Source of the DNA: Octopus vulgaris
Lineage: Eukaryota
Assembly (NCBI GenBank): GCA_951406725.2
Contig: OX597815.1
Span: forward strand, 143,468,001-143,532,000
DNA length: 64,000 bases
Direction of reading: 5' to 3'
Of the stretch, positions 25,640-38,919 are shown one piece after another. The notes beneath the pieces are model-generated. The model had not been told where the DNA came from and did no database searches. It saw only the letters and a list, made by a program, of their open reading frames with translations. Within the stretch, counting starts at the first letter, position 1; each line of letters opens with the position of its first letter. The position numbers were made by a program, and so were the translations under genes.

Positions 25640-26635
25640 TTATTTTATTCTTTTATTCTTTTAGTCATTTTGACTGTTACCATGCCAGAGCACCACCTTT
25701 TAGTCAAATAAATCGACCCCTGGACTTATACTTTGTAACCCTGATACTTATTCTATCGGTCTCTTTTGCCAAACTACTAAGTTATAGGGACAAAAACACA
25801 CCAATGGTCAAGTGATGGTGAGGGAACAAATACAGACACAAACACACAAATATGTAGATATATATATATACATACAACAGGCTTCCTTCAGTTTCTATCT
25901 AACAAATCCACTCACAAGGCTTTGGTCGGTTCGAGGCCATAGTAAAAGACACATGCCCAAGGTGCCATGCCCCCAAACCATGTAGTTGGGAAGCAAGCTC
26001 ATTACCAGACAACCAGGCCTGCGCCTAATGATCAAAATGTACAAAATACATTCTATTAGTGACTTGGTACACAGTATTTTGATTATGCAACCATAAGTAT
26101 ACAAGTATACTAAACATTTTTTATAAATCATTACCGTGTTCTACTGTGTTAGCAGTTGACTGAATGGTAGGACTGACAGCTAGGTGAACTGAAATAATAG
26201 AGAATATCGGTCTAGCATTCTTTTATTCTATTCTTTTATTTGTTTCAGTCATTTGACTGCAGCCATGCTGGAGCACTGGCTTTAGTCAAACAAGTCGACC
26301 CCCCCAGGACGTATTCTTTGCAAGCCTAGTACTTATCCTATCAGTCTCTTTTGCCGAACCACTAAGTTATGGGGATGTAAACACACCAACATCGGTGGAG
26401 GGGACAAACACAGACACACACACACACATATATATAATAGTGATTTTTCTCTAATATATATATATATATATATACAACAGGCTTCTTTCAGTTTCCATCT
26501 ACCAATCCACTCACAAAGCTTCGGTTGGCCCGATGCTACAGTGGAAGACACTTGCCCAAGGTGCTACACAATGGGACTGAACCTGAAACCTTGTGGTTTG
26601 TAAGCAAGCTACCTACCACACAGCCATGTCTGCGC
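25640..26635 (-). mobile_element. Two SINE family B copies
   Basis: Reverse complements of 5261-5670 at about 25640-26023 and 26220-26635. Confidence 0.85.
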
Positions 26636-27429
26636 ATATGTAACATTCTTAATCTGGTACCTATTATCGATAGAGACGTATACTGAAGTAAGATTGTTTT
26701 CCATTCAGAAATGCAATAAAGTGCTATGAGCCAAAGTGGTTGCACGACCTGCTAAAGATAACAGCTAAATCCCACCTATATCATAGCCAGCTGTTAAAAA
26801 CAAAATGGATGGATGTATTGAATATGTAGCCGCAAATATACAAAAAGATGGGATGGTCAGTGCTGTAACACTTTTCGTCAGAGATCAGATCAATCAACAT
26901 TGACCCGGGACTAAATAAGAACAACAATAAAAATAAAAAAGAACCCTTAGCAGATTTGAAATTGTGATCTTAAGATCTGTTAGTTCAATAGATTATCTTA
27001 CTTAAACCACTATAACTCAACAACAAAGATGGAAAGTTCCTGCTTGTAGACAGGTCACTTGTAACAACAATATATGTACTAAAAGTCAATTTATGTCAGC
27101 TTTGTTACCATAGCAACAGGCTAGAAGAGTGAGAAGGCAGTGTCTTTAAATGAGACAAGAAATAAAATTGTTTAAGTGTGTGTGTGTGCATATGCATATG
27201 TGTGTGTGGGGGGAGTGTGTATGCATGTGCATACGAATGTATGCATGTGCCTGTTTGGTGAAGTGGTTCACTTCCCAACCAGATGGTTTCAGATTCAATT
27301 CCAATGCATGGCACCAAGAGCAAGTGTCACACACACACATGTATGTGTGTAAGTATGTATGTATATACATATACTTACATATGTGTGTATATATATGTGT
27401 GTGTGTGTTTATGTGTGTATACATTTATA

Positions 27430-27852
27430 TACAGGGTGTGATGGATAAATTGCCACCATTTTATATTTTTAATTTGATGCACGTGTTTGTGTTTGATTTT
27501 GTCAACTACACAGTATGGTAGGGTCAGTTGGGAATTGTTTGTGAGAAAGACAGCACCATGATGCAATTAACTCTGCCAGTAATTTGGAAACAATATGATG
27601 TACTGCTTGACATTTGTGCTGCAAGCCCCAATACAAACATTTCATAGTGTTTGGGTGTCAATCTGAGGACACGTACCAAGAGTGATAAAAATCAAACATT
27701 CAGTCAACATCATGGTGTTTGGAGTGGTCAACAGTGATGGCAATGTTATGCTTCCATTCATCTTCCCACATAGCCTTAGACTCAACATGGAGGCCTACAT
27801 TAAGTGCCTGGAGAAGGCAATCTGACAATAGGACTCTGCACCATGCCACACG
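27430..27852 (+). mobile_element. Internally deleted Tc1/mariner (maT/DD37D-like) transposon fragment
   Basis: TA|CAGGGTG terminus; relic peptide KIKHSVNIMVFGVVNSDGNVMLPFIFPHSLRLNMEAYIKCLEK...Q*DSAPCHT. Confidence 0.85.
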
Positions 27853-27987
27853 CTCGGATGTGCTTTTAACGTTCCACTGGCACAAGTGTCAATCAGGCGG
27901 TACTGTCATCAGCCGTCCATTCTCCATGCTGGCATGTGTTAGACAAATGTGTGTATGTATGTATGTATGTATATATATATAACAAAA

Positions 27988-28025
27988 CTGTCCGACGAAC
28001 AGGAACGTGAAACTCCGAGTAACAG
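27988..28025 (+). ncRNA. Minimal type I hammerhead-like motif (U4C core variant) in a (TA)n tract
   Basis: CTGT-CCGACGA-ACAGGAACGT-GAAA-CTCCGAG-TA-ACAG; stem I 4 bp, stem II 2 bp, quasi-palindromic stem III; AATAAA downstream. Confidence 0.6.
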
Positions 28026-28088
28026 CTTTTGTTAAATTTCTGCTGCTTTTAAATAAAGTATATATATATATCTATATATATCTATCTA

Positions 28089-28147
<59 letters not shown>

Positions 28148-28334
28148 ATATATATACATATATGTATATATATATATATACATATATAAGCACAAGTATG
28201 TATATACTTGTGTATATGTGTGGGTATATATAACATTGTATAACCACTTTTTATATCTTTGTAAACTGTTTACATTTGTGTGAGTGTGCTGGTGCATGTG
28301 TTTATATATGTGTGTGTGTGCATGTGTGTGCATG

Positions 28335-28374
<40 letters not shown>

Positions 28375-29268
28375 ATTTATTTTGTAGAAGGAGCTTCTAC
28401 AGAACTAGAACTGTTTCATTCAAAAGATACATATATGTGTGTGTGTGTGTGTGTGTATACACACACACATCACACATGCATACATATGTGTCCACCTTTC
28501 ATACTGGTAAATGTTGTTGATACACACCTGCACAGAAGCAGATGTAAACAGTTTGCAAAATATATAAAAAGAAAAGAACCGTCGTTTCTTGTTGTTTTAT
28601 TGAAATATCACCCAAAATGGAATGAAGATTTCTTCAAATCAACACAGAACTGTTCAAGGCTATAGTAAATAAGATGTGTTATTTTTAGTACTGAATCTAT
28701 TTTGTTTCCAAACTCATTAGTTCAACAACGAGGAGCAGATAGAAGCTAAATCATAGGATCATGGTTAACGAGCTAATTGGTTTGCTGTTTGATATGAGAA
28801 TAAGAAGAAAGCTGTGAAGTTCTTTTGTTATACCGTCTTCATTATAGTCTCACCAACAGTGGAGCTGTACTTGGAAAATGAAGCCTGACTATAATGATTT
28901 GGTGAAATAACTGAGATTTAGATAGAGAATCTTCACTATTTCTTCTGTGATTATCTAATGACAAAAAATTTTGATTTTAGAACAATCTTAACTAATTCTG
29001 CAATAATTTGTTAGAAAAAAAATGTCAGATACTGGTATATAATTTTGACTTTTTCATCAAATGTTTTACAGTAGAACGGGTGTATGCGTGTGTGTTTTCT
29101 TTCTAGTCAATTCTTTTTAAGATAATGAGATGAGAAGCAGCAGCAGAGTATCCCAGAGTGGTGACTTAATGAGGCTGTACATACATAGTAGGTTGAGAAA
29201 GCTTAGTGACAACAGATTTCCAGAGGGATATTGTATGGGGGAGAAAAGATTGGGAAAAGAGTCTAGTG

Positions 29269-29429
29269 CAGTGGTTCCCAGCTTGTGGTCAATTGACCCC
29301 TGGTAGCAAAGGTAGTACTGGGGGTCCATGAACATGTTAAGCTGACAGACCTTTCAATATTCAGGGGTCCACGGGAAAATTCATTTAAATAAAAGGGATC
29401 CTTGGTAGTGAAAAGGTTGGAATAGACTA
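29269..29429. mobile_element. hAT-type MITE, decayed
   Basis: Starts CAGTGGTTCCCA; internal gacccc/ggggtcc motifs; ends aaaaggttgg. Confidence 0.6.
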
Positions 29430-30561
29430 AACTAAGGGTGATAAGAGGAAGATAGATAGGTGGTGCAAATTGTTACTGTTCTTGCTGTTGCTTAGTCCCA
29501 ATCGGACAGACCCGGGAATAAAAGTATCCAAATGATGACAATTTTATTAAGAAAATAATGCATCTAATTTACATGATCCAATATTTGCTTCTTGGAAATT
29601 GTGTGGTTTGATAGAGATTTAGTTGCTGTTTTTAACAGGTCGAGGATCATATAGTGGCTCCCAAACTGACTCACAGTGGGACGAGTGGGTATAACTGGAA
29701 TAAAATGGCACTTCAAAGGAGCAAATGTCACTGTAGTAATGATTGAAGAGATAGAGAGAAGAATGAAGATATTTGTGAACCAGCAAATGCATAGTGTTTG
29801 TAATTTATTGTAGAGCTAAAGACTGAAGGGGTAGAGCCAGTGATAGTAAGGTGTGGACAAGGTATCTAATAAGCAAGTCATTGTGGCAGTGAGTGGAGAA
29901 ATAAAGAGAAGAATCAGGATAACTGTGAGCATGTAATTGTATAGTGTTGACTTGTCATTATAATAATGATTGAAGATGTAGAGAGAAGCATCAAGACATC
30001 TGTGTATCTGTGATTGTTTAATTTTGATAAATAAATCATAGTCGTAGTGATTGAAAAGGGAGAGAGAAGAATCAGGACATCTGTGAGCCATTGACTGTAT
30101 GGTGTTGGTCAATCTTTTTAACAATCAGTCCAATCGAAAGATCTTTTCTTGGATTCAGTCAACAATGATAGCATGTGTTCGGTTCGGTTTTGACATGCAG
30201 ATCAGAAGGGACAAAATGTCATTAGTGTGTGGAGAAAGAAAGATAGAGAAAGAGGGAAAGAGGAAGAGGAAAAGGTAGAGAGAGAAAGATGTAGGAAGGG
30301 ATAAATAGAAGGATGGCAGCAATATTAAAGGGGTGAAAGGTTGAATGGAGGATCAGGTGTGGGAAAGAATAGTGGAGGAGAGGGAGCAATGGTGTCATAT
30401 TGCTAAGGCTGTTTGGACCAGTATCTTAAAATTCACTTTAATTCATATAAACAAGGTGTAAACATCTCCAACTTGATATTTAGATACATTTCAAGTGTGA
30501 GGCAGCCCTTAAGAAGCTGTTTCTTCTCATTAAGACAATCTGTATTTCCTGCTGTGAAGTT

Positions 30562-30885
30562 ACATGGCTCAGTGGTTAGAGCATCGAGCTTACAATCGTG
30601 AGGTTGTGAGTTTGAATCCCAGACCGGGCTGCGTGCTGTGTTCTTAAGCAAGACACTTTATTTCCTGTTGCTCCAGTTCACTCAGCTGTAGAAATGAGTT
30701 GCGACGTCACAGGGGCCAAGCTGTATCGGCCTTTGCCTTTCCCTTGGATAACACTGGTGGCGTGGAGAGGAGAGGCCAGTATGCATAGGTGACTGATGGT
30801 CTTCCATAAACAACCTTGCCTGGACTTGTGCCTGGGAGGGTAACTTTCTAGGTGCAATCCCATGGTCAGTCTTGACCGAAGGAAG
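30562..30885 (+). mobile_element. tRNA-derived SINE family C, near full length
   Basis: TGGCTCAGTGGTTAG (A box) and GTTTGAATCCC (B box); shared core with 8930-9245. Confidence 0.8.
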
Positions 30886-31366
30886 TCCCAACAGATTTCC
30901 TGCTGCAATTGGAATATGTCTTGCATTTCTCCAACAACCTCCATTTGATGTCATAGTCTAGATCACAGTCTTCTCCTTTAACTGCCATGTGTGCTTGGCC
31001 AGTAGAGCGATGTTCCTCTTTTCGAAGTTTTTAAAAGATGTGGTGGCATGTAAAAAGCACCATTTGAGCATTGGGCCTCATGGAGGTTGTAACAGGTAAC
31101 CAAGACCTTTGGCAATATACCATGCTTGTGTAGACTTGTCAAGCCAAGTGAGACTATAGTCATGGCTGATGCCGGTGTCAGGTCAATGGCACCCATGTTG
31201 GTAGCACATAAATAACACCCACTACACTCTCGGAGTGGTTGGCATTAGGAAGGGCATCCAACTGTAGAAACCTTGCTAAGTCAGACTGAAACCTGGTGTA
31301 GTACCCCAGCTTCCCAGTTTTCAGTCAAACTGTCCAATCTATGCCAGCATGGAAAGCAGATGTTAA

Positions 31367-31399
<33 letters not shown>

Positions 31400-31824
31400 T
31401 AGTATAGGTTCCATTAAGGGCCCTCTGCCAATCTGACAGAGTGCTTTATGCACTGGGTGATACAATTTCTTTATCAAAATTTACTGTCCTTTAATTTTTT
31501 ATATCAACAAAGTTATTAATTATAGTATAATTAGCTGAGTAGTTTCCCTATTAATTATAGCTTTCTTGGCTGGCTATTCCCTAATTAACAAAGATACTGA
31601 TTATAGTGTAACTGGTTGAGTATTTCCTAATTTATAAAAATATTATTTATAGCATAATTAGCTGAGTATTTCCCATATTAACAAAGACATTTATTAAAGT
31701 GTAATTGCCTGAACATTCCCTGTAATCGGTATTTCTTGGCCAAATCGCATGTCTAATCAAGAGGTCCTCCAGTGTGAAAATATGTCTAGTGTTGATTATA
31801 TCCTTACGGAATAGCTGTTGCAAT

Positions 31825-32031
31825 GGGTGAGGCACAGAGTTCCTAACTCTGGGTAAAAGAAAATACAGAAGGATCAGTTAATTATTTTATTTAACATATT
31901 CCCCTCTCAGATTTACACACTTACTGCAGTGATCCCTCAGTTTTTCTAAGCCTTGAAAAGAACTCAAAGGTTAGGCCTCCAACCCAGCGTTTGTGATACC
32001 CTGAAAGCCAGGAACTTTTCAGCACCCGCTC
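31825..32031 (-). mobile_element. Mariner-derived MITE
   Basis: Minus strand starts GAGCGGGTGCTGAAAAGTTCCTGGC; retains the transposase C-terminus KCVNLRGEYVK*; the second TIR is decayed. Confidence 0.75.
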
Positions 32032-33011
32032 ACACAGTGAGCTAAAATGTGGAAGTTGTGAAAGAGGGTATCTGAAGCAATATTATAAGGATATCATCAA
32101 AAGATATTTCAATGAAGCAGGTGGACTTGTTGCAACTGCATGGGGATTTTAAGGTTCGCTTGACAGCTTTTAAACCAGTGGTTAAACATTTTCTTTCTGG
32201 TGTTTATACAGGAAAATAAAGAGAAAGCTGCTGTATTAGAAGTGGGTGCCAATGTAGTGAACAATAATGGTAGTTAAAATTCTGAATAAAAGAGATTTTT
32301 CTACTTTAGGAGCATATATTTGATGAACAAGGTTAAAGGTCAGACAAGCAAGCTCAATGTTTGGTAACGGAATGGTGACTAAATAAAAATACAAAAAGAA
32401 AAAGTGCATATGTGTATGTGTGTACAGACACAAACACACTCATACATATATCTACAAATCTACAGCCATAATAATAATACTGAAGCACTGATAATAATAC
32501 TGATAGGCCAATTAAAATAGAAAAAGCAAGAGAACAAACAATACTCTATAAAATACTCTATAAAAGAAACTAGCTAGAGCATAGGAAGGTGTATACTAAA
32601 TGCTGTGTATTGTCAGTAGAAACAATAGGTATGGATAACAGGTGTGGGTGAACTCCCTGACAAAGGGCCAAAACTTTAGGCATATTGGTACAATAATTTA
32701 TAGTATTAGCAGTGTTGAATTGTTCAGATCACATACTGAAAGTAGTAAACAAGTACAACAACTAGTTACCTAGGTAATAATATAATTAATGTTATAGGTG
32801 GTACTAGCAATAGAATGGTGTTGCAGTGTAATGTAAGAAGTAGGGTTACCTAAATGAAATACTTTTTGTTGCTTGACCACTTTATATTCATTGCTGGAGA
32901 GGAAATATGGTCTGGTGGATGTTTATTGTGAATTTGCAAGATGACAAGGAACTAAAGGCATTAGACAATGATTATAAAACTGGTATGGACATATAATGTG
33001 AACAAAGGACC

Positions 33012-33085
33012 GTGATGAGTGGTGACATGTGATGAGTGGTGACATGTGATGAGTGGTGACATGTGATGAGTGGTGACATGTGATG
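33012..33085. repeat. Perfect 17-bp VNTR (GTGATGAGTGGTGACAT) x4.3
   Basis: Four identical units plus a partial unit. Confidence 0.95.
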
Positions 33086-34551
33086 CCAGAGAATTCCTGT
33101 CCACTCAGGCAGGTATGGCCAAATAGACATTAAAATGGTGGTGATGGTGGTGGAGGAGGAAGATGAGGATGAGGAGGATGCAGGTATGTATAATATACCT
33201 ACATTTTGGTCTCTAGCCCATTATGTTTCCATTAAGACTTCATCTACTGCCCTCACCCTCTTTGTACTATGCAATCTATACAATGAGGGATACCACTGGA
33301 TCTTTGTAATCAACCCTTTCCTACTACCACCCTTTATGCCTCTAGCTCGCTCGCACATCACAAGATCAGTGTAAGGGGGATAACATCGAACTTTTTTCTC
33401 AATTCAATACCCACTACCATCATCCTTTTTGTACTGAAAGTCATCTCTCTCTCTTTCTCTCCAAATCCTCTATTATTAGCATCCATCACTGACTTTCTCT
33501 TTCTCTCTCCTGTAAAGTTTAAAAATCTAGAATTACACAGGTGTGTGGATGTGTGCATGTGAGTGTGTATCTGTGCGTGTATGTGTGTGGAAGAGAGAGC
33601 TACTCAGTAAGTGATTTGACTTAGAACAGTTGTTTGTGCTTCCTAATGGCCTTTACATATATATGCACAAACACAAACATGTATTTATTTGTCTACAATA
33701 CTTTTTTTAAAACAAGGGATAATATTTGCTAAAAGAAAAGCAAAATATTTTCTAAAGCTACACATTGTATCACAACTAGTATAATTCAAAAAAATGATAG
33801 TGCTTTGTACAGAGATGACATATGTGTGAAAACACACACAAAAAATGGACATCAATAGAATATTGAATATAATAATAAAAAAAAAGATGTACAGAATGTA
33901 CATGAAAGTGAAAAATAGTGAAGTGAGATAGAAACACACACACATACACACACACACTCAAACACACACAAATAAACATATATATATATAATGTAAGAGT
34001 AATGTTTGCTGATACATTCAGCAAAATAAAGCATTCAATGCATTTTAAAATTATTAATATTTTATATACAGTAACTTATGAGCAACAAATTACTTTTAAG
34101 TTCCATACTGGGTGGCTGGTATCTGGCTCAACATCGATCAAGCTGTGACCATCTTACTCAGCAATCACTAAATTTGTTTACAAATGGCTACCTGCAACGT
34201 GAGATTATTTGAGAGCAAAAAATATTTGAAAGTACACATTCATTATGCCTGGAATGTGCAATAACTTATAATTTAAATGCAATCTAGAAGGCCTAAATTC
34301 CCTACCTTACAACATTAATTGTCACCAAGATGATGGATTACAACTAGCATATGGCTGTATGACCATATCTTAGATACTTTTAGGAAACACCTCACAGCTG
34401 TGTTTTACAATATAAAGCTAAACATTACAGTAGCTCGTGACTTAAGAAAATTTATTAGACACTTCCTTGGCACTAGCTTTAAATACTTACAAACTCTTCC
34501 TTAAGCCCAATGACAGACTGAAGTATATAAATATTCTTACATTCTCTGTAT

Positions 34552-34882
34552 CAGTGGTTCTCAACCATTTTTTACCTATGAACCCATCTGATTACTTTTT
34601 AATTTTGAAGGACCCCCTTAGCCATTTAATGTTTATAAGCAATTCCCAGTTTGTTTTTTCACATGTTCACTTGTATAGATTTGCAATACTACTCTCTGAG
34701 AGAACATGTTTCAGTGGCCAGAAACATGTTAGAGTAGTTAAAACATCAGAGAAAGAAACCTGGTTGTTTCTTGCAATAAATACATTTAAAGCATTTTTTT
34801 TTTTTTACGGTCCCTTAAAATACTATTGTGGATCCCCAAATAGACACCCAGGGTCCATATGAAATCCAGCTGAGAACCACAG
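34552..34882. mobile_element. hAT (Charlie-like) MITE with 8-bp TSD
   Basis: CAGTGGTTCTCAAC ... GCTGAGAACCACAG; flanks ctctgtat / ctctatat. Confidence 0.85.
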
Positions 34883-35136
34883 CTCTATATGACAGCAGTA
34901 CCTCTACATTTTGACACATCTCCAATTTTGGGATATATCATCATTTTATGCCAATCAAATGCCAATCACACTCTAATCACATGCTCTAAACATAAATACT
35001 TGAAAAATTTTCACACAGTTTAACTACATGATACTTTTACCTTTATCAAATGAAAAGAAGGTCTTTTGGATTTTAAAATGAACCAATTTGCTACTGATCC
35101 AAGAGGTCCTACTTATATTTCGAATTATTGACTTAC

Positions 35137-35235
35137 TGCCCCTGCCACGTACAATGGACATTCACTCTCGAAAAGACATTTTTCTCAAATAATCTTGTCT
35201 TGATGGTTGCCATATATAAATAAATTTGACGATTG
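35137..35235 (-). CDS. Candidate 99-nt exon (NRQIYLYMATIKTRLFEKNVFSRVNVHCTWQG in phase 2)
   Basis: ctgacttcatcttctcag|CAATCG...GGGGCA|gtaagt. One fully open frame, but its phase does not join exon 16001 directly. Confidence 0.3.
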
Positions 35236-35402
35236 CTGAGAAGATGAAGTCAGCCATCAGATTGTGTTAAGCCAAGTCAGATATCTTCCTTCTAACATGA
35301 AACTTAAACTAATTTGTCACAAATAAGATACTGCATTTAAAATATCACATATATATATATGCATGATGATGATGATATATACACTCACATATATGTGCGC
35401 AC

Positions 35403-35434
<32 letters not shown>

Positions 35435-36009
35435 ATAACACACACATATATATATATATATATATACATATACATACATATATATATATATATATATAAA
35501 CACACACACATATATATATATATACATATACATACATATATATATATATATATATATGATTGTGTATGTGTATTTACACATACATACTTATTTATGTGTG
35601 TATATATAAGTCATCAACACAGAGACATGCAGAATAGTAAAGGTAAAGAATTAAAGATTAAAGCAGAAATAAGTCCAAAGATAAAAGCAAAAAATGTGCA
35701 GCAATGAAGGAAAGAAATAGATTCCAAAAAATGGTAAAAGATAAAAAATTCTTGTAAACTGTTATTTCGTGACACAAAATGTTTTTGTTTTTCATTTGCA
35801 CAAACCTTTCTGGATATAAGAAATTTTCAACTGACACGGGAATGGTCAACATACACATTTCTAACATGCAGTGCGGTTTCACTTTTCATGTACTTGTGTA
35901 TGTATGTGTGTGTGTGCATGAGTGTTTATATTTAAATGTAGAAAGAAAACTGTGGGTAAGACACCCAAATAATTAGTAAAATGTGGAAAAGGCTGAGAAA
36001 TTACTATGG

Positions 36010-36370
36010 TGTAGTGTGCTTTACTGTGGTGCATTGTACAGTATGTTGTGGTATGCTGTCGTATGGTATGGTATAGTAAGTGATATGGTGTGCTCTAGTT
36101 TAATGTATGTGTAGTATGTGATGTAGCATGGCATAGTGCATTGTGGTGTACAATATGATGTATTGTACAAATAATATGTAGTGGGATGTAGTGTAGAATG
36201 ACACACAAGTTGGTGAAAGTGGTATGCAATGTGGTGTGGTGTGGTGTATTGTTTAATGCAATGCAATATCATATAATATTCAATGTGCTGTATTGTGGTA
36301 CAATGAGATATATTGCAGTCTAATGTAATTTGGTGTACTGCTGTTGTTATATGCAATGTGATATGAGTGG
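36010..36370. repeat. Degenerate pentamer satellite (GTGTA/GTGTG-like)
   Basis: 5-bp periodic TG-rich tract. Confidence 0.7.
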
Positions 36371-36509
36371 AATCAGATTAAAGAAAAGAATGCAAGAGAA
36401 CTATGCAATGGATAAAAAGGAAACCCATACATGCATATATATACATATATATATATATGTGTGAGTGTGTGTAAATATATATATACACACCCACACACAC
36501 AGACATTAT

Positions 36510-36770
36510 TGTAATAATGAAGTCAAATGAAATAGTGATATTTTGAAATCAAATCATTTAACATGTATGTTTCAGGTTTACATAACATATAATAGGAAAT
36601 GGATCCATTATGTAAACTTTCCCCAGTTAAAGCATTTCAAAAATGTGAAATGCTTTAACTGAGGAAGGTTTACGTAATGGATACATATCCTACCTTAAAA
36701 TGCATAAACCAGAAACATGCGTATTAAATGATTTCAAAATATCACTATTTGGTTTGACTTGATTATTACA
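36510..36770. mobile_element. 261-bp foldback made of two head-to-head hammerhead-containing units
   Basis: Arms 36510-36639 and 36646-36770; plus-strand motif 36654-36728 TTTAA-CTGAGGA-AGGTTTA...TAAACCA-GAAA-CATGCG-TA-TTAAA; the minus copy has CTGGGGA. Confidence 0.8.
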
Positions 36771-37224
36771 GCTAACATGACTCAATGGCAGCACAAACTA
36801 ACCAGTCTTGACTCCACTTAAGTGAATACTCTAACAACAACATGGAGTAGTTTGTTATATTCAACTTGAGTCAAAAACCCTGGGTACTGTGCACTGCTAA
36901 ACACAATATATATACATGTGTGTGCATCATGTCCATAAATAATCTTTACAACTTCCATACTTTTAAACTCAATATTGTAAATGAACTTTATGGACATCCT
37001 GTATGTGTATATATATATATATATATACACATACACACATATATGTGTATGTAATGTATGTATATATATATGAATATATATATGCATGTATGTATGTATG
37101 TATAAACATAGGCTTGGTTCAAGGAAAGAAAAAAAGTAAAGAAAAAAGAAACTGCCAAGTTGCAGCAGTAGAGGTGGAGGAGTTTAGAAGTGAATTCTAG
37201 AGGAGATAAGAAAAGTGAACTCAC

Positions 37225-37242
37225 CAACTTTAATCTCCAAAC
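37225..37242 (-). CDS. Candidate 18-nt microexon (GLEIKV or VWRLKL)
   Basis: ttcttattactgttctgttag|GTTTGGAGATTAAAGTTG|gtgagt. Confidence 0.35.
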
Positions 37243-38047
37243 CTAACAGAACAGTAATAAGAATTGGTAACATCGTAACAAACAACAAACAGTAATAGAG
37301 CAAGTGTCTTTGTATGCATATGTATGTGGCGTGTGTGTGTGTGTGTGTACATGAATTCTTGAGTGGACATTATATGCATTTTTTGAACATGTGTGTATAA
37401 ACAGAAGAATTCTAAGAAGAGCAAATCTTGAAAGAAGGTTAGAGGGTACATAAAGTACACACGCACACACATACATACATATGGGGCATACCGCATGTTA
37501 GAGAAATCATCCTGTGGTGGCTAGAGATCTTGACATAAACATGAAGTTTTGTAATTCAAGACCTATTTTAGAGCCAGTTTTTATGAGAAAAGAACTATCA
37601 ATAATCATGGAAATCAAAGAAGAAGTACATTTCACATTACAGAACTCTATGTATGTGAGTGTGTGTGTGTGTATGTGTGTGGATGTGTATGTGTGTGTAC
37701 ATATATACATGCATGCATACATACATATATATATACATATATATATATACACATATATATATAAGCGTGCACACACACACACAGAAAGAAAGAAAGAAAG
37801 AATGAAAGACAGAGATATATAATATAGATATAGTTAAACAAATAAAGGCATATCAAATACCATACAACATAAATTCCTGATTTATTAAGATTATCTCTAT
37901 CTCAAGAGAAGATGTCATAATTATTAAATGGCATTTGAGAGTAGCTCCATGTAAGAAGCGGAAATAATTTCAAGAAACGACAATTTTCCAAAGTCGACAT
38001 ACTGTAAAAGAAAAGGATAAGCTTATTGTTTGGAGATAAGAGGACAT

Positions 38048-38090
38048 TTGTGGACACATTGTTTCTGTCTCAATAGGTTTCATCAGCAAG
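38048..38090 (-). ncRNA. Hammerhead-like core with decayed stems
   Basis: TTG-CTGATGA-AACCTATTGAGACA-GAAA-CAATGTG-TC-CACAA; core and GUC are intact, stems I and II are poor. Confidence 0.3.
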
Positions 38091-38704
38091 ACAATTATCC
38101 TACATGTTCAGTAACTAGTGAGTAAATGGCATGTCACTGCTGGGGAACTTTTGATTCTTGATTTTTGAGATATCATCATTTCTCATATGGGACTGGTCTC
38201 AATTGCCATTTGGTTATCATGATATATCCTCTGGAAGTGGAAATAATTTTAATAAATCAAAAATTTATGTTATAAGGTATTTGATATGCCTAATATATGT
38301 CTGTATTGCTGAAATACATGCCCTCCTGGCTACTCTGAGTTATTTTTCTCAGCTCATTTTTGTTCTTGTGCCAAATATCATTTCTTATATAATTATCATG
38401 TGTGTGTGTATGTGTATGATTAAAGAACAAGAAATAACAATATTCAGCACAAAAATATGGGTATTTTGTGAGTGGCTAAATGGTTTAATGAACTGAATTT
38501 GGCACTATTCTTGACTAGTGCTTATTTCATAACCCTTGATAAATGAAAGAGAAAAATGAACTAAAGCATGAATTGAACTTAGAATAGGTCACATCACAGA
38601 TGGAAACATTATGATGTTGGTATAGCTTGTTTTAATATCTGGTTAAATTCAGCTAGAGATGATGTTTGGCCACGTATAACATATCATAAACAAACAACAA
38701 AAGT

Positions 38705-38740
<36 letters not shown>

Positions 38741-38919
38741 AGGGATAAGCATGAAGTTTTGTGTTCAGTCCTACAGTACAGCACTTTAATTTAACTATAG
38801 GGCCCTAACTTCACATTGAGTAATGTCTTGTAGGTGACTCTGGTAGACAGAAATTGAGGAAGCCTATCATGTGTGTGGATATATATTTATATAATTCAGA
38901 TGTATACAATTTTAGAAAT

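Noticed and set aside
32655-32685. CTGACAA...AAAAC hammerhead-like relic
   Set aside because: Both core halves would need restoring and no stems are supported.
34160-34195. cag|...|gtaaga bracket on minus
   Set aside because: Stops in all three frames and a weak acceptor.
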